In this document: positions 62,084 to 64,000 of the stretch, one piece after another
Numbering within the stretch: the first letter of the stretch is position 1
Layout of the letters: each line of letters begins with the position of its first letter
Source: Candidatus Tayloriibacteriota bacterium
GTDB taxonomy: Bacteria > Patescibacteriota > Minisyncoccia > Phycocordibacterales > HO2-43-120
Length of the DNA: 64,000 bases
Reading direction: 5' to 3'
NCBI GenBank assembly: GCA_039934295.1
Contig: JBDTMN010000005.1
Location: 921 to 64,920 of the forward strand
The notes under the pieces: generated by a model
What the model was told of the DNA's origin: nothing
Databases searched by the model: none
Seen by the model: only the letters and a program-made list of their open reading frames with translations
Program-made: the position numbers and the translations under genes

Positions 62084-62743
62084 TTATATAGCATCGGGAT
62101 CAAAATTGATCCACTCAAAAAGATTCGTCTTGAAATCGTTTGTGCTTCTAAAGTAGGCGGGAAAAGCCGAAGAATTGATTATCAGACTATTCTCTCTTTT
62201 CTCTCCAATATAATCTAAATAACTAGAATCAGAGTAACTATGCAAAAAAGTTTTTGCGATATCTTTTTCGATTTTCTTCTCTCTCCACAATGGATCAAAA
62301 ATTTTAAGGGGGTTGAGATGAATGTATGAAAAAATATATTTCAAATACTCATCTGAATCTAGGTGAGAGGATTGAAATTCACCTTCAAAAAGTATCCCGG
62401 TTCTAGCATATTTTTTATTAAAATACATGGAGTAGCTCGTCTTCAATTTTGACATAAACTTCACAATACCTCCTTCCTTTATTTCTCTCACTAAGATATG
62501 AAAATGATTCGGCATCAAGCAGTAAGCTCCAATCGCGACCAATTTTTCTCCAACATTAGTTGATGAAAGTGGCGTATTTCCGATATCTTTATAAACTAAT
62601 GACTGACTTCCGTTACAAAGAAATAACAGCCTTACAAATCTTTTTTTATCATTTTTGTCCAAATAAATAATACGCTTATCAACACCCCTATTATAAAGAT
62701 GATAGTGCTCATGAAGAGCAAATGGAGTTTTTCTAGTACTCAT
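62084..62743 (-). CDS. tnpA: IS200/IS605-family Y1 (HUH) transposase, RAYT-like
   Basis: HUH motif region IGAYCLMPNHFHILV and the conserved Y...YFN context; 219 aa; flanked on both sides by the palindromes. Confidence 0.75.
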   Translation of the reverse strand: MSTRKTPFALHEHYHLYNRGVDKRIIYLDKNDKKRFVRLLFLCNGSQSLVYKDIGNTPLSSTNVGEKLVAIGAYCLMPNHFHILVREIKEGGIVKFMSKLKTSYSMYFNKKYARTGILFEGEFQSSHLDSDEYLKYIFSYIHLNPLKIFDPLWREKKIEKDIAKTFLHSYSDSSYLDYIGEKRENSLIINSSAFPAYFRSTNDFKTNLFEWINFDPDAI

Positions 62744-62760
62744 TGTTATTAGTTATTAGG

Positions 62761-62830
62761 ACTTTAATCTCCAAGGGTTACCCTTGGAACGTAGGAATAT
62801 GGGTAGATTGCGCCAAGGGTAACCCTTGGA
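62761..62830. repeat. REP-like palindrome pair with conserved linker (…CCAAGGGTTACCCTTGGAACGTAGGAATATGGGTAGATTGCGCCAAGGGTAACCCTTGG)
   Basis: Two palindromes 25 nt apart; the same composite unit recurs at 63816..63856 and 63940..63983. Confidence 0.7.
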
Positions 62831-62836
62831 GGGAGC

Positions 62837-63730
62837 TTACTTCGACTTAACGGCGTTTTGAATCAACTCGGGAGAAAACCCTTGAGGAATGTTTCCGGTC
62901 GAAGCGTATTCATAGAGTGCCAGTTTAAAAATCGCCCCTAGGCAGGAAGAGACGATAGAAAGAAGGATGACGGCCAATAAAAGAAAGATTCCGATTGCTA
63001 TCCCCATTTTAATCGTTGGAAAAAGAATAAATAGTGTAACACCGACACCGAACACCGCGAAAAAGAGAAGTCCGAAGACTAATCCCACTCCGAGATTTAT
63101 AATAATCGTTTCACCCCAAGTTTTTCGAATAATCGCCGCAGACTCGTGGAACGAATCTTTGATTGATTTTTTTCCGATAATAAGCGAGGGTAGACTGAAA
63201 TAGGTAAGGATATTCCAAGCAGCGCCAAAAATCATCGCCACGATTTTGCCGATGATTTTCGAATTGTCGGCAATGATCCGGAGGACAAGGCCTACCGTTG
63301 AAGAAATCAGTGACCAAAGAGCAATCTTCGGAGCATTTTCGAAGGCGGCTTTTATACCATCTCCCAAACTCAAGTTTCCTCCTTTAAACCGAGCATCAAC
63401 AATCAGATACATTCCCGCCTGAAAAAAATTTGTGATAAAGAATACGATAAAGTACCAGACAAAAAGGACTGCGTAGGAAGTCACGTTCATTTGGTTCTCA
63501 TTCTCTAAAGTTGCCAAACTTCCTCCTAAAATGACAAAAAAATAAATTGAAGCTACAACCGCAAGCGCGAGAATGCTGAAAATCGAGGAGAGCACGGGAA
63601 ACAAGAGGAGCTCTTTATCCTGATTCAAGACACTCCAAGATTCACGGACAATCATTCGGCTAGCTTTAAACTTTCCGATAGTAAGCGGAACGCGAGGAGG
63701 CAATGACGAAACTTCATTTTGAGTGGGCAT
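62837..63730 (-). CDS. hypothetical polytopic membrane protein
   Basis: 297 aa, 6 or more TM helices. Confidence 0.45.
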   Translation of the reverse strand: MPTQNEVSSLPPRVPLTIGKFKASRMIVRESWSVLNQDKELLLFPVLSSIFSILALAVVASIYFFVILGGSLATLENENQMNVTSYAVLFVWYFIVFFITNFFQAGMYLIVDARFKGGNLSLGDGIKAAFENAPKIALWSLISSTVGLVLRIIADNSKIIGKIVAMIFGAAWNILTYFSLPSLIIGKKSIKDSFHESAAIIRKTWGETIIINLGVGLVFGLLFFAVFGVGVTLFILFPTIKMGIAIGIFLLLAVILLSIVSSCLGAIFKLALYEYASTGNIPQGFSPELIQNAVKSK

Positions 63731-63799
63731 AGCTATTTTGAATCATAATGATAATGAGAAAAGTATACCATATATGGATTTTTACCCAAGGAGACTCCT

Positions 63800-64000
63800 A
63801 GGAGTACATTTTGGAACGTAGGAATATGGTTAGATTTCGCCAAGGGTAACCCTTGGAAACTCTTGGAGGGTTCTTGGAGGGTTTTGGTGGCAAAAAAGTG
63901 GAGAAGGGTTACCCTTGGAGGGTTTTTAGAGAAAAGGTCGACGTAGGAATATGGGTAGATTGCGCCAAGGGTAACCCTTGGAAACTCTTGGAGGGTTCTT
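63800..64000. repeat. array of REP-like palindromes and GGAGGGTT short repeats
   Basis: CCAAGGGTAACCCTTGG at 63840 and 63966, a partial copy at 63906, and repeated CTTGGAGGGTTCTTGGAGGGTTTTGG between them. Confidence 0.7.

Overview
This window looks like a small-genome, CPR/Patescibacteria-like bacterium. That is inferred from a streamlined housekeeping gene set, a type IV pilus operon, rRNA genes not organised as a classic operon, and a heavily intron-laden 23S rRNA gene.

Contents from start to end:
- A minus-strand type IV pilus operon: pilM, pilN-like, pilO-like, a small protein, pilB, a CheY-like response regulator, pilT, pilC and the start of a pilin gene. A conserved ~95-nt element sits in four of its intercistronic gaps.
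- comFC, then tRNA-Ser(GCU), followed by degenerate copies of the tRNA 3' end and an AT-rich ~6.5 kb accessory island. The island encodes a RadC-like JAB protein, a small PD-(D/E)xK-like protein, a Sau3AI/MutH-like endonuclease with a C5 DNA methyltransferase, and an HTH protein with a HEPN-motif protein.
- Two paralogous giant secreted surface proteins whose leader and signal peptide are duplicated.
- An EamA transporter, a GT39-like glycosyltransferase, recG, tRNA-Ile(UAU), ftsH, dapA, smpB and tmRNA, secD and secF.
- A cell-envelope sugar cluster (NAD-dependent epimerase, polyprenyl-phosphate sugar transferase, GT4), ftsW/rodA and a VWA protein.
- A 5S rRNA and a ~9.5 kb 23S rRNA gene on the minus strand. 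The 23S gene is split by about seven group-I-like introns, four of which carry LAGLIDADG homing-endonuclease ORFs, and by hairpin expansion insertions.
- rplJ and rplL, and an IS200/RAYT-like transposase embedded among perfect CCAAGGGTWACCCTTGG palindromes.

Several families of short dispersed repeats fill the intergenic space: heptamer arrays, two-hairpin modules and tandem hairpins. No CRISPR array is present. Coordinates of RNA genes, intron boundaries and corrected start codons are read by eye and are approximate, to within a few nucleotides.
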